Assembly (NCBI GenBank): GCA_043814965.1
Contig: JBDRJN010000014.1
Coordinates: forward strand, 3,084-67,083
Source of the DNA: Candidatus Omnitrophota bacterium
GTDB taxonomy: Bacteria; Omnitrophota; Gorgyraeia; Gorgyraeales; Gorgyraeaceae
Length of the DNA stretch: 64,000 nt
Direction of reading: 5' to 3'
A program made the position numbers and the translations under genes. Below, piece by piece: positions 54,904 through 64,000 of the stretch (the first letter of the stretch is position 1; each line of letters begins with the position of its first letter). Below the pieces are notes generated by a model. The model was not told the DNA's origin and ran no database searches. It was given only the letters and a program-made list of their open reading frames with translations.

Positions 54904-55635
54904 ATGTCATATAAAGTAAAACTAGAGGTTTTTGAAGGGCCATTAGACCTGCTCTTATATCTTATCAAAAAGAACGAGATAGATATATACGATATCCCTA
55001 TCTCTACGATCACAGAGCAATACCTTGAATATATAGAACTTATGAGGATGTTGGACCTGAACATCGCAGGAGAATTTCTCGTGATGGCAGCTACTCTTAT
55101 ACATATAAAAAGCAAACTGCTGCTTCCTCCGGAGGAAAAAGAAGCCCTGATAGAAGAAGAGGAGGACCCGAGAGAAGAGCTTGTAAGGCGCCTTCTTGAG
55201 TATAAAAAATTTAAAGAAGTAGCAGGGGTATTGCAGGATCTGGAAGGCCAGCGAAAAAAGATGTTCACCAGAAGCTCTAATTTTGAACCTGGCGAGGGTG
55301 AGCCTGAAAAATTTTTCGAGGCGAGCCTATTTGACCTTATTACAGCATTGACCAAGGTCTTGAAAGACGTACCTAAAGAGATGTTTCAGGAAATAGTGAA
55401 AGATGAATTCACTGTTGAGCAAAAAGTCCATGACTTACTGCATATGCTGGTAGAAAAACCCGTGATCTATCTGATAGAACTTTTTAAGAAATCAAAGAAT
55501 AAGCTGGAGATAATCTCTACATTTTTAGCAGTATTGGAACTTATAAGGCTTAAAGAAATAGTCATAGTACAGAAGCATAGTTTTGGGGATATAGAGGTAA
55601 TACGCAACGAGAAGCATAGATTGAGAGTGGAATGA
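54904..55635 (+). CDS. scpA: segregation and condensation protein A
   Basis: VKLEVFEGPLDLLLYLIKKNEIDIYDIPIS matches ScpA. Confidence 0.8.
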   Translation: MSYKVKLEVFEGPLDLLLYLIKKNEIDIYDIPISTITEQYLEYIELMRMLDLNIAGEFLVMAATLIHIKSKLLLPPEEKEALIEEEEDPREELVRRLLEYKKFKEVAGVLQDLEGQRKKMFTRSSNFEPGEGEPEKFFEASLFDLITALTKVLKDVPKEMFQEIVKDEFTVEQKVHDLLHMLVEKPVIYLIELFKKSKNKLEIISTFLAVLELIRLKEIVIVQKHSFGDIEVIRNEKHRLRVE

Positions 55636-55648
55636 ACTAGGATCTATT

Positions 55649-56341
55649 ATGGACAAAGACCAAGCAAAAAGTATAATAGAGGCGATGTTTTTTGTAACTG
55701 ATAAACCTTTGTTTATAAATGAGATAAAAGGTGTATTGGAGGAATTTGACGCAGTCACTGTGAGGGGCATAATCGCTGATCTTGCAAAAGATTATGAAGA
55801 TACAAACAGGTCCTTCAGGATAAGAGAGATCGCAGGAGGATTTCAGATAGTAACAGACCCTAATCTGGCGCCATGGCTTAAGAGATTATACAAGACTTCT
55901 GGCGCTGACAGACTAACAGGGCCTAGCCTGGAGACCCTTGCGATAATAGCATATAAGCAGCCTGTCACGAAACCGGAAATAGAAGCAATAAGGGGTGTTA
56001 ATGTAGATGGTGTCTTAAAGACATTGGTCGAAAAGAACTTAGTAAAGATAGCAGGCAGAAGAGAGACTCCAGGTCGTCCTATTTTATATGGGACTACTCA
56101 GGAGTTTTTGCAATATTTCGGGCTCAACTCTCTTGAAGAGCTGCCGAGACTTGAAGAATTCCATGTGACAGAAGAAGATATAGAGCTCCCAGAGCACCTC
56201 AAGAAAGATAAAGAGGAAGTTTTTCAGATGGAGCCTAGCGCTGGACCAGAAGTGGATAATATAGATATAAAAGAAGAAAGCACACAAGATCCGGAAGGAT
56301 CAAATAAGGAGAATGGAAATGAAACTATCTTTCCTTCGTAA
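55649..56341 (+). CDS. scpB: segregation and condensation protein B
   Basis: IIEAMFFVTDKPLFINEI matches the winged-helix ScpB. It follows scpA. Confidence 0.8.
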   Translation: MDKDQAKSIIEAMFFVTDKPLFINEIKGVLEEFDAVTVRGIIADLAKDYEDTNRSFRIREIAGGFQIVTDPNLAPWLKRLYKTSGADRLTGPSLETLAIIAYKQPVTKPEIEAIRGVNVDGVLKTLVEKNLVKIAGRRETPGRPILYGTTQEFLQYFGLNSLEELPRLEEFHVTEEDIELPEHLKKDKEEVFQMEPSAGPEVDNIDIKEESTQDPEGSNKENGNETIFPS

Positions 56342-57383
56342 AAAAATAGATTCTATTGATAGCGAACTGATCAGTCTTTTGAATAAAAGAGCTGATCTAG
56401 CAAAGGATGCCGGAAAGATCAAAGACCGTAGCGGAAGCGGAGTATATGTACCTAACAGGGAAGCAAAGATCTATTCTAATATCTTGAAAAAAAATAAAGG
56501 CCCTCTTTCAAACGATGCTCTTAAAGCTATATATAGAGAGGTCATGTCAGGTTCTCTTGCGCTTGAAAAAGACCTTAATATTGCATACCTTGGGCCAGAA
56601 GCGACATTTACTAATCTAGCAGCAATAAAAAAATTCGGAAGCCAGGTAAAGTACTCTCCTTGCAATAGTATTACCGGAGTCTTTAGAGATGTCGAAGTCG
56701 GCAAGTCCGATTATGGTGTGGTGCCTGTAGAGAACTCAGTGGAAGGAGCAGTAAGCCATACCTTGGATATGTTTATAGATTCTGATTTGAAGATATGTTC
56801 CGAGGTCTTACTGGATATATCCCATAATCTTATAGGGAAAAGCAGCATAAAGGCTGTAAAAAGGGTCTATTCAAATCCTAATGTCTTTGGCCAATGTAGA
56901 ATTTGGCTTGATTCACACTTGCCTTATGCAGAGCAAGTGGAAGTCCCTTCTACAAGCAAGGCCGCAGAGATAGCGTCACGGGAAAAAGGCAGTGCAGCTA
57001 TTGCCAGCATCCTGGCCGCGGAAAAATACAAACTAAGGGTCTTGGAAAAAGATATAGAAGATAGCGCTAACAATATTACCCGCTTTCTTGTTATAGGCCA
57101 ACACATACCTTCTCCTACGAAGAATGATAAGACATCAGTGATGTTCTATGGAAAAGAAAGAATAGGCGCTCTTCACGATATGCTGGGGCCTTTCAAAAAG
57201 AACAAGATAAATTTGACCAAGATAGAATCACGTCCTTCTAAAAAGAAGGTCTGGGAGTATTATTTCTTCGTGGACATGGAAGGGCACTATGAAGATAAAA
57301 GCGTCAAAAAAGCATTGAAAGAACTTGAAAATTTAAAAGGGATCTATCTAAAGATATTAGGTTCTTATCCAATAGGTGTATAA
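56313..57383 (+). CDS. pheA: bifunctional chorismate mutase / prephenate dehydratase (with ACT domain)
   Basis: Has the CM helix LRKKIDSIDSELISLLNKRADL, the PDT motif IAYLGPEATFT and a C-terminal ACT domain. Confidence 0.85.
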   Translation: MEMKLSFLRKKIDSIDSELISLLNKRADLAKDAGKIKDRSGSGVYVPNREAKIYSNILKKNKGPLSNDALKAIYREVMSGSLALEKDLNIAYLGPEATFTNLAAIKKFGSQVKYSPCNSITGVFRDVEVGKSDYGVVPVENSVEGAVSHTLDMFIDSDLKICSEVLLDISHNLIGKSSIKAVKRVYSNPNVFGQCRIWLDSHLPYAEQVEVPSTSKAAEIASREKGSAAIASILAAEKYKLRVLEKDIEDSANNITRFLVIGQHIPSPTKNDKTSVMFYGKERIGALHDMLGPFKKNKINLTKIESRPSKKKVWEYYFFVDMEGHYEDKSVKKALKELENLKGIYLKILGSYPIGV

Positions 57384-57385
57384 TT

Positions 57386-58462
57386 ATGGTACCACGTAAA
57401 GCGATAGTAGATATAAAACCCTATCAACCAGGAAAACCTATAGAAGAGGTAAAGAGGGAACTAGGTTTGAGGGACGTCATAAAGATGGCTTCGAATGAAA
57501 ATCCTTTCGGGCCTTCCCCCAAGGCTGTTTCTTCTATCAAAAGACACCTCAACACCATAAACAGGTACCCAGAAGGAAGCTGTTTTTACCTCAGACAAGC
57601 TGTTTCTAAAAGGTTAAAGATAAAACAGGAACAGCTTATTTTTGGTAATGGTTCGGATGAGCTTATAGTCTTGGCTTGCCGGGCTTTTTTAAATGAAGGT
57701 GATGAAGTAATAGTAACAAGCCCTAGTTTTTTGATATACGAGATAGCCTCTTTGGCGCAAGGGGCAAAGGTCAAAAAGATACCAACAAGGTATTTTAAAT
57801 ACGACCTTCCAGCCATGAAAAAGGCTATATCAAAGAATACCAAGATCTGCTTTATTGCAAATCCGGATAATCCCAACGGTACTTATGTCTCGAAGATAGA
57901 GCTAGAGATCTTCTTAAAGGACTTACCGGAAGGAGTCCTTGTTTTTATAGATGAGGCGTATTCTGATTTTGTTGAAGAAAAAGACTATCCAAATGGCCTG
58001 GATTATATATCGAGGGGAAATGTGGTTGTAACGAGAAGTTTTTCAAAGTCATACGGGCTTGCAGGCTTAAGAATAGGCTATGGAGTATCAAGCCCTGAGA
58101 TCATTAAATACATGGAAGCTGTAAAAGAGCCGTTTAATATTAATTCCATTGCTCAGGCAGCAGCGCTTGGGGCATTGAAAGATAAAGAGTTCCTCTCTAA
58201 GGTAAAGAGGCTTACAAGGATAGGCCGGAAGTTTTTATATGAAGAGATAAAGAAAATGGGTTTGAGATATATCCCCAGCGTTACCAACTTTGTATTGGTC
58301 GAGATAGGCCAAGATAGCGATCTAGTCTGCAAGAAGCTTTTAAAAAAAGGCATTATTATAAGGGATATGAATGCCTGGAACATGAATGGCTTTATAAGGG
58401 TCACTGTTGGTACTGATAAGGAAAACAAGAGATTTATTAAAGAGCTAAAAAAGATAGTATAA
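57386..58462 (+). CDS. hisC: histidinol-phosphate / aromatic aminotransferase (class II)
   Basis: KMASNENPFGPSP and the PLP-Lys context SFSKSYGLAGLRIGY match HisC-type aminotransferases. It sits in an aromatic amino acid gene cluster. Confidence 0.8.
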   Translation: MVPRKAIVDIKPYQPGKPIEEVKRELGLRDVIKMASNENPFGPSPKAVSSIKRHLNTINRYPEGSCFYLRQAVSKRLKIKQEQLIFGNGSDELIVLACRAFLNEGDEVIVTSPSFLIYEIASLAQGAKVKKIPTRYFKYDLPAMKKAISKNTKICFIANPDNPNGTYVSKIELEIFLKDLPEGVLVFIDEAYSDFVEEKDYPNGLDYISRGNVVVTRSFSKSYGLAGLRIGYGVSSPEIIKYMEAVKEPFNINSIAQAAALGALKDKEFLSKVKRLTRIGRKFLYEEIKKMGLRYIPSVTNFVLVEIGQDSDLVCKKLLKKGIIIRDMNAWNMNGFIRVTVGTDKENKRFIKELKKIV

Positions 58463-58603
58463 AAAATCAAAAATAAAAATGCAAAATGACAAATTAAAGT
58501 TAAAAAATAAATAGCCCAACATATAGACAAGCTATAATTTTATATTTTGATTTGTAATTTTGATATTTAATCTTTAATTTTTAATTAAAAAAGAGGTGTT
58601 TAT

Positions 58604-59617
58604 ATGATAGTTGTCTTAAAACCAGGCGCAAAGAAAAAAGATATAGACCATCTCATAGAAAAGATAAAAAAGCTCGGACTCAAACCAATGGTCTCGCGCG
58701 GAGTAGAGAGGACTATTATAGGGATTATTGGCGAGGAAGATATATTAAGGGTCCAGCCTCTTGAGGTGTATCCAGGAGTTGAAAAAGTAGTTCCGATATT
58801 AAAGCCTTACAAGCTTGTTTCCAGGGAATTCAGGGCTGAAGATAGCATAGTTGATGTAGATGGGGTAAAAATAGGAGGCAAAAAAGTTGTAATAATGGCC
58901 GGGCCTTGTTCGGTAGAGAGTTTTAAAGGGCTTTTGACCATTGCTAAAAAAGTAAAAGATTCCGGGGCAGTTATATTGAGAGGGGGGGCTTTTAAACCAA
59001 GGACTTCTCCTTATAGTTTCCAAGGGCTCGGAGAAGAGGGGCTTAAGTATTTAAAGGAAGTAAAAGAAAAAACAGGATTAAAGATAGTCACTGAGATAAT
59101 GGATACGCGTGATGTAGAGCTTGTCGAGAAATATGCTGATATATTGCAGGTAGGAGCAAGGAATATGCAAAATTTTAATCTCTTAAAAGAAGTAGGGCTT
59201 TCTAAAAAACCGGTACTTCTTAAAAGAGGCATATCAGCGACTATAAAAGAATTATTGATGTCAGCAGAATATGTGCTTGCGAATGGAAATTTCAATTGCA
59301 TGTTATGCGAAAGAGGTATAAGGACGTTCGAGACTTCTACTAGATTTACTTTGGATCTTAATGCAGTGCCTCTTATAAAGAAGATGACTCATCTGCCTGT
59401 GATAGTCGATCCAAGCCACGGTACTGGAAAATACTCCCTCGTGCCTAGCATGGCAAAGGCTGCTATAGCTGCTGGTGCAGATGGTTTGATAGTGGAAGTG
59501 CATGATAGTCCGGAAGAGGCGTATTCAGATGGAGAGCAGTCGCTTGTACCTAAGAAATTCAACAAGATGATGAAGGAATTAGAGGCTGTGGCCAAGGCAG
59601 TGGGCCGAACAATATGA
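58604..59617 (+). CDS. aroF: 3-deoxy-D-arabino-heptulosonate 7-phosphate synthase (type I-beta, with N-terminal ferredoxin-like regulatory domain)
   Basis: [11 protein letters not shown] and the KDO8P/DAHP synthase I-beta core are present. The N-terminal approx 75-aa regulatory domain resembles that of Thermotoga-type DAHPS. Confidence 0.8.
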   Translation: MIVVLKPGAKKKDIDHLIEKIKKLGLKPMVSRGVERTIIGIIGEEDILRVQPLEVYPGVEKVVPILKPYKLVSREFRAEDSIVDVDGVKIGGKKVVIMAGPCSVESFKGLLTIAKKVKDSGAVILRGGAFKPRTSPYSFQGLGEEGLKYLKEVKEKTGLKIVTEIMDTRDVELVEKYADILQVGARNMQNFNLLKEVGLSKKPVLLKRGISATIKELLMSAEYVLANGNFNCMLCERGIRTFETSTRFTLDLNAVPLIKKMTHLPVIVDPSHGTGKYSLVPSMAKAAIAAGADGLIVEVHDSPEEAYSDGEQSLVPKKFNKMMKELEAVAKAVGRTI

Positions 59618-59630
59618 AAGGTGAATAGAA

Positions 59631-59681
59631 TGGGCTGCAAGTTACACGTTACATGTGTCTTGTGTCTTGAAACTTATGACC
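59631..59681. repeat. ACAAGNC-family heptamer hairpin element ending in CTTGAAACTTATGAC
   Basis: GCAAGTTACACGTTACATGTGTCTTGTGTCTTGAAACTTATGAC begins 14 nt after the aroF stop codon. Confidence 0.65.
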
Positions 59682-59702
59682 CCATGTATATTTAATGGAA
59701 TC

Positions 59703-60539
59703 ATGTTTAAGCGTATAACAATAATCGGTCTTGGGTTGATCGGCGGATCGCTCGCGAAGGTCATAAAGGCCAAACACCTGGCAAAACAAGTTGTAGGTGT
59801 TTCCCGCAGGAAAAGTACTATCCAGAAGGCAAAGTCTCTTAAGATAGTGGATCTTGCAACATTAGACCTTAAAGAAGGCGTAAAGGATTCAGACCTTATT
59901 ATCTTATGTTCGCCTGTTTTGACCATAATCGATCTAGCTAAAAAGATAGCGCCTTTTTTAAAAAAAGGCGCTATAGTAACTGACGCAGGCAGCACAAAAG
60001 AAAATATTGTAAAGGAAGTGAAAAAGGTACTCGGAGGAGAAAACTACTTTGTAGGGTCACATCCTATAGCAGGCTCTGAAAAATCAGGTATCATATACGG
60101 AAATAAAGAGCTTTTTAGGGACGCGTATTGCGTGATAATAAGAGCCAAGAATACAAATAAAATGGCTTTTAACAAGGTAGAAAGATTCTGGAAGGCTGTT
60201 GGCATGAAGACAAAAAAGATGACAGCCAAAGAGCATGATCGTATCGTCTCTAGGCTTAGTCACCTGCCTCATATTGTTAGCGTAGCATTAGTGAATAGTT
60301 CCGGTGATCTAGGACTATCTCTTGCAGCGGGTGGATTTAAAGATACTACAAGGATAGCTTCAGGGAGCCCTGAGCTATGGGGAGATATATTCGTTACCAA
60401 TAGAGCCAATATAATAAAAGATATAAGGTCTTTTAAAAAAGAACTCAAAAAACTAGAGAAGTCTCTTATTAAAAATAACGAAAAGGATCTAAAGAGGCTC
60501 TTAGAAAAAGCAAAAAAATTTAGGGATTCTATTTTGTAA
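59703..60539 (+). CDS. tyrA: prephenate dehydrogenase
   Basis: ITIIGLGLIGGSLAKVIK is a Rossmann motif at the N-terminus. The ATG at 59703 is preferred over the track's 59655, which would run through the repeat element. Confidence 0.8.
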   Translation: MFKRITIIGLGLIGGSLAKVIKAKHLAKQVVGVSRRKSTIQKAKSLKIVDLATLDLKEGVKDSDLIILCSPVLTIIDLAKKIAPFLKKGAIVTDAGSTKENIVKEVKKVLGGENYFVGSHPIAGSEKSGIIYGNKELFRDAYCVIIRAKNTNKMAFNKVERFWKAVGMKTKKMTAKEHDRIVSRLSHLPHIVSVALVNSSGDLGLSLAAGGFKDTTRIASGSPELWGDIFVTNRANIIKDIRSFKKELKKLEKSLIKNNEKDLKRLLEKAKKFRDSIL

Positions 60540-61171
60540 TGTTCTATTCGTTCGCAGTAGCTTTATTATATTTTTTATTCAAGGCATTTTTTCGCTTAAA
60601 GATATCTGGCCAGGAGAATATTCCCAGAGAAGGGGCCTTGATCATAGCCTCAAATCATGTTAGTTTTTTTGATCCTGTGGTCGTAGGAATAAGTTCTCCC
60701 AGAAAATTGAATTTTATGGCCAGAGAAAGCCTATTTGAGAACAAGCTCTTTGCCAAGATAATAACAGCCCTTAATACTTTTCCAGTAAATAGGGATGGTT
60801 CTGATCCGAGTGCTTTTAAGACAGCATTGGATAAGCTTATAAATCAGAATGCATTGCTTTTATTTCCGGAAGGGACCAGGTCTCCTGATGGGTCTCTTCA
60901 AGCACCAAAAAAAGGGATAGGTTTTTTGGTATCAAAATCTAAGGCAAAAGTACTGCCTTGCTTTATAAAAGGCACAGATGAAGCCTGGCCTAAAGATTTA
61001 AGTTTTCCAAGGCCTAAACCTATAACTATACATTTTGGTAAAGTAATAGATTTTAATGGGAGCCAGCTAGAAGAGGAGCTGGATAAAAAGAAAGCTTATT
61101 CGTATATAGCCAATAAAGTCATGGAAGCAATAGGTGAGTTGAGAAAAGATGCAGATAGAAGTAGCGGGTAA
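60539..61171 (+). CDS. plsC: 1-acyl-sn-glycerol-3-phosphate acyltransferase
   Basis: The H(X)4D motif (IIASNHVSFFDPVV) and FPEGTRS match PlsC. Confidence 0.8.
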   Translation: MFYSFAVALLYFLFKAFFRLKISGQENIPREGALIIASNHVSFFDPVVVGISSPRKLNFMARESLFENKLFAKIITALNTFPVNRDGSDPSAFKTALDKLINQNALLLFPEGTRSPDGSLQAPKKGIGFLVSKSKAKVLPCFIKGTDEAWPKDLSFPRPKPITIHFGKVIDFNGSQLEEELDKKKAYSYIANKVMEAIGELRKDADRSSG

Positions 61172-61955
61172 AATAGGTTTTTGTTTTGGGGTGAAAAGGG
61201 CTATCAAAATAGCCGAAAGGACTATTCGGGGATCCAGAGATAAAAAAAATATATATTCTCTGGGAGCCATTATCCATAATCCTCAAGTCGTAGAACAGCT
61301 TTCGAAAAAAGGGCTTGAAGTAATAAAAGACCCTAAGATAATAAAAAGCGGGACAGTTATAATATCAAGCCACGGTGCACCAAAACGTATAATAGAAGAA
61401 CTTAGGGTAAGGAATATATCTATAGTCGACGCTACTTGCCCTTTTGTAAAATATGCTCAGGAGATAGTAAAGGGCCTAAAGAAAAAAGATTATAAGATAG
61501 AGATAGTGGGTGATAAACATCATCCTGAAGTAAAGGCCCTTTTGAGTTTGGCTGGAAATAGGCCTAAAGGCAAGAAGATAGGCATTGTATCGCAGACAAC
61601 ACAGAATAAGTACAATTATCTTAACCAGATACAGTGTATATTACAAAAAGATTTTACGGAAGTAAGGATATTTAACACTATCTGCAATGACACGTCGCAA
61701 AGGCAAGTACTTGCGCGCGATCTTCTAGCAAGATGCGACGTGATGATAGTGATTGGTGGCAAGAACAGCGCGAACACCAAGAGGTTATGGCAAATCTGCA
61801 AGGAAAGAGGGGTGGATAGTTATCACATAGAACTTGATTCAGAACTTAAAAGAAGTTTTTTTAAAAATAAAAGACGTGTAGGAGTAGTAAGTGGAGCTTC
61901 TACGCCGAATAGTATGGTAGAAAAGGTAGTAGACAAAATAAAAAACATTAAATAA
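61149..61955 (+). CDS. ispH: 4-hydroxy-3-methylbut-2-enyl diphosphate reductase
   Basis: MQIEVAGKIGFCFGVKRAI and the conserved Cys residues match IspH. It is immediately upstream of rpsA. Confidence 0.85.
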   Translation: MQIEVAGKIGFCFGVKRAIKIAERTIRGSRDKKNIYSLGAIIHNPQVVEQLSKKGLEVIKDPKIIKSGTVIISSHGAPKRIIEELRVRNISIVDATCPFVKYAQEIVKGLKKKDYKIEIVGDKHHPEVKALLSLAGNRPKGKKIGIVSQTTQNKYNYLNQIQCILQKDFTEVRIFNTICNDTSQRQVLARDLLARCDVMIVIGGKNSANTKRLWQICKERGVDSYHIELDSELKRSFFKNKRRVGVVSGASTPNSMVEKVVDKIKNIK

Positions 61956-61959
61956 CAAT

Positions 61960-62000
61960 GGTCACAAGTCACATGCGGCTTGTGGCTTGAAACTTGTGAC
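61960..62000. repeat. ACAAGNC-family heptamer hairpin element ending in CTTGAAACTTGTGAC
   Basis: GTCACAAGT at 61961-69 pairs perfectly with ACTTGTGAC at 61992-62000. The 5' arm is GTCACAAGTCACA. It starts 5 nt after the ispH stop codon. Confidence 0.7.
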
Positions 62001-62024
62001 TTAATAAGAGGGGAGTTTTAGATC

Positions 62025-63617
62025 ATGGTAAAGAACACAGATGAACAAGAAAAGGCAGCTAGCACGGAAGAGATATTTGATCTAAAGTCAGCTTACGAAA
62101 AGACATTCCGCAGGATCGCTGAAGGCGATATAGTAAAAGGCAAGGTTATTGCTATAGGCAAGAAGGAGGTTTATGTAGATCTTGGCTATAAGTCCGAAGG
62201 GATGATACAACTATCAGAATTCGATGAATCAAATAGCGTTAATATCGGAGATGAATTTGAGGTTTTGGTCGAGTCTAAGGAAAACGAAGATGGTCTGATA
62301 GTCGTTTCCAAGAAAAAGGCAGAAAAGACCCAGGGATGGACCAAGCTTGTCAATAGGTATAAAGAAGAGGACTTTATCGAAGGCAAGGTCGTACGAAAAG
62401 TAAAGGGCGGCCTCATGGTAGATATAGGGATGGAGGCCTTTCTTCCAGCGTCTTTGGTGACCCTGAAAGGTTTTGGCAATGTAAATCAGATCATTGGCCA
62501 GAATATGATGTTCAAGATAGTCAAGATGAATAAACTTAGAAAAAATATAGTCCTTTCCAGGAAAGACGCTATATTAAAGGAAAGAGAAGAATCTAAGAGT
62601 AAGATCATAAATGAATTAAAGGTAAACGAGATCAGGAAAGGCACTGTTAAAAATATCACTGATTTTGGCGCATTTATCGATCTTGGAGGGATTGACGGAC
62701 TCCTGCATATTACTGACATGAACTGGGGAAGGATATCTCATCCCAGCGAGATGTTAGCTATAGGAGACAGCGTAGAGGTCATGGTGCTGAGCTTTGATAA
62801 GGAATCTTCAAAGGTCTCTCTTGGCCTTAAACAAAAGAGCGAAAGCCCATGGAAAGATGTTGATGCAAAATACTCGATAGGTTCAAAGGTCAAAGGCAAG
62901 GTCGTAAATATAGTCCCATACGGAGCTTTTGTAGAATTAGAAAGAGGAGTGGAAGGGCTGGTCCACATATCAGAACTTTCATGGACAACCAGGATAAACA
63001 ATCCAAGCGAGGTCCTTGCAATAGGTGATATAGTAGAGGCTATAGTGTTGAGCGTAGACAAAGACAATCAAAAGATATCTCTTGGTATAAAGCAGATCGA
63101 GTCTAATCCCTGGCTCGAGGTAAAGGAAAGATTTTCTTCTGGCACAAAAGTGGAAGGCAAGGTCAGGAATCTTACTGACTATGGAGCTTTTGTAGAGCTA
63201 GAAGGAGGTTTTGAGGGTTTCGTCCATATAAGTGATATGTCATGGACAAAAAAGATCAATAGCCCTAAGGATATCCTGAAAAAAGGGCAGAAGGTTGAAG
63301 TAGTGATCCTTTCTGTTGATTCTGAGGCTCAGCGGATATCTCTTGGGATAAAACAGCTTACCTCTGATTCTTGGCCTGAGATATTAAAAAAATATAGCCT
63401 TGGTACTAGCTGTGAAGGAGCAATATCAAGCATTACTAACTTTGGCCTATTCGTAGATCTGGAAGAAGACCTTAAAGGGCTGGTCCATATATCAGAGCTG
63501 GAGCTTGAGCCATCAAAGACCCTTGAAGAGTCTTATAAGGTAGGAGATAAAGTTGAAGTAATAGTCATAAAGATAGATGACGTGGAAAGAAAAATAGGAT
63601 TGAGTTTAAAAAAATAA
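62025..63617 (+). CDS. rpsA: 30S ribosomal protein S1 (multiple S1 domains)
   Basis: Six S1-like repeats are present (GxV..I..fGaFV.L..g.eGLvHiS pattern, repeated). Confidence 0.85.
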   Translation: MVKNTDEQEKAASTEEIFDLKSAYEKTFRRIAEGDIVKGKVIAIGKKEVYVDLGYKSEGMIQLSEFDESNSVNIGDEFEVLVESKENEDGLIVVSKKKAEKTQGWTKLVNRYKEEDFIEGKVVRKVKGGLMVDIGMEAFLPASLVTLKGFGNVNQIIGQNMMFKIVKMNKLRKNIVLSRKDAILKEREESKSKIINELKVNEIRKGTVKNITDFGAFIDLGGIDGLLHITDMNWGRISHPSEMLAIGDSVEVMVLSFDKESSKVSLGLKQKSESPWKDVDAKYSIGSKVKGKVVNIVPYGAFVELERGVEGLVHISELSWTTRINNPSEVLAIGDIVEAIVLSVDKDNQKISLGIKQIESNPWLEVKERFSSGTKVEGKVRNLTDYGAFVELEGGFEGFVHISDMSWTKKINSPKDILKKGQKVEVVILSVDSEAQRISLGIKQLTSDSWPEILKKYSLGTSCEGAISSITNFGLFVDLEEDLKGLVHISELELEPSKTLEESYKVGDKVEVIVIKIDDVERKIGLSLKK

Positions 63618-63618
63618 A

Positions 63619-63675
63619 CATGACACAAGCCACAGGCCACAAGATACATGGGTCATGTGTCTTGAAACTTGTGAC
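63619..63675. repeat. ACAAGNC-family heptamer hairpin element ending in CTTGAAACTTGTGAC
   Basis: CATGACACAAGCCACAGGCCACAAGATACATGGGTCATGTGTCTTGAAACTTGTGAC begins 2 nt after the rpsA stop codon. Confidence 0.65.
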
Positions 63676-63684
63676 GGGTATATT

Positions 63685-64000
63685 ATGGACATTAAAAAAC
63701 AATTAGACCTTATAAAGCGCGGCGTGGTTGAGGTGATCTCCGAAAAGGAGCTTATCAAGAAGCTGGAAAAAAATAAACCTTTGATAATAAAGGCTGGTTT
63801 TGATCCCAGCGCGCCGGATTTACATCTAGGCCATACAGTGCTTTTGCGTAAGCTCAGGCACTTTCAGGACCTCGGGCATATAGTTTATTTTCTTATAGGG
63901 GATTTTACCGGCATGATAGGTGACCCAACTGGTAGGAGCGAGATAAGAAAGCGCCTTACTGAAAAAGAGGTCAAGGAAAATGCCAAGACCTATCAAAAAC
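63685..64000 (+). CDS. tyrS: tyrosyl-tRNA synthetase (3' end truncated by window edge)
   Basis: The HIGH-type motif ([12 protein letters not shown]) and [10 protein letters not shown] match class I TyrRS. Confidence 0.8.
   Translation, partial: MDIKKQLDLIKRGVVEVISEKELIKKLEKNKPLIIKAGFDPSAPDLHLGHTVLLRKLRHFQDLGHIVYFLIGDFTGMIGDPTGRSEIRKRLTEKEVKENAKTYQK

Noticed and set aside
61985-62013. Reading the shared CTTGAAACTTGTGAC box as a -35/-10 promoter (TTGAAA ...)
   Set aside because: No acceptable -10 hexamer sits at 16-18 nt spacing in any of the three copies. The transcript would also start within a few nt of the start codon. A position directly after upstream stop codons fits a 3' or inter-cistronic element better.
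96-63067. All minus-strand ORFs in the six-frame track (for example 3887..4468, 48111..48914, 51266..51745, 54885..55355)
   Set aside because: Each lies entirely within a well-supported + strand gene. They have low-complexity or Ser/Leu-rich composition and no recognisable motifs. They are typical antisense shadow ORFs.
1-64000. Mobile genetic elements, prophage or genomic island
   Set aside because: There is no integrase, transposase, recombinase, tRNA attachment site or phage structural gene. Composition looks uniform. The only insertion-like features are the short palindromic or heptamer repeats.

Overview
This 64 kb window is a gene-dense chromosomal segment (estimated GC about 38-40%) from a diderm bacterium whose lineage I cannot place. 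All 53 genes I can support lie on the + strand; the minus-strand ORFs in the track are shadow ORFs inside + strand genes.

The first third (about 1.6-23.7 kb) is an LPS inner-core and lipid A cluster. It holds lpxK, an LpxL-like acyltransferase fused to an ELM1/DUF1022-like domain, a GT4-GT9 fusion and three further heptosyltransferases, a GT4 glycosyltransferase, a polysaccharide deacetylase, the HldE kinase domain, kdsB-kdsA-kdsD-kdsC, a second LpxL-family acyltransferase, and lptC/A-like plus lptB. No WaaA-type Kdo transferase is recognisable. Two stand-alone receiver-domain genes and a Cache/HAMP histidine kinase sit inside this cluster.

The remainder is housekeeping: tig (lacking a PPIase domain), clpP, a class V aminotransferase, serA, an HMGL-family synthase, purA, hppA, an OmpA-like lipoprotein, uppS-cdsA-dxr-rseP-ispG-proS, rimP-nusA-infB, trpS, scpAB, pheA-hisC-aroF-tyrA, plsC, ispH, rpsA and partial tyrS.

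The standout is one 8.2 kb ORF (41287..49509, 2740 aa) with its own sigma70-like promoter, a Sec signal peptide and an intrinsic terminator. By motif it is a mosaic of a TraB/GumN-like region, a phosphoglycerate-kinase-like domain with its catalytic segment replaced, and a sugar nucleotidyltransferase-like region, followed by an acidic repeat-bearing C-terminus.

The window is also riddled with short heptamer-based repeats. Inverted arrays of tandem heptamers (GAAATCC, GTTTATR and ACAAGNC families) sit directly 3' of six genes. The same heptamers occur as in-frame tandem insertions inside ispG (9 x ACACAAG), proS and the C-terminus of a heptosyltransferase. One 20-bp palindrome is shared by the proS insertion and the 3' region of the giant gene. 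There are two copies of a roughly 240-bp structured element with a conserved hairpin core (upstream of lpxL2 and ispG), a 165-bp element bounded by perfect 19-bp inverted repeats, and a conserved 40-nt leader motif shared by nusA and trpS.

I found no CRISPR array, transposase, integrase, rRNA or tRNA.
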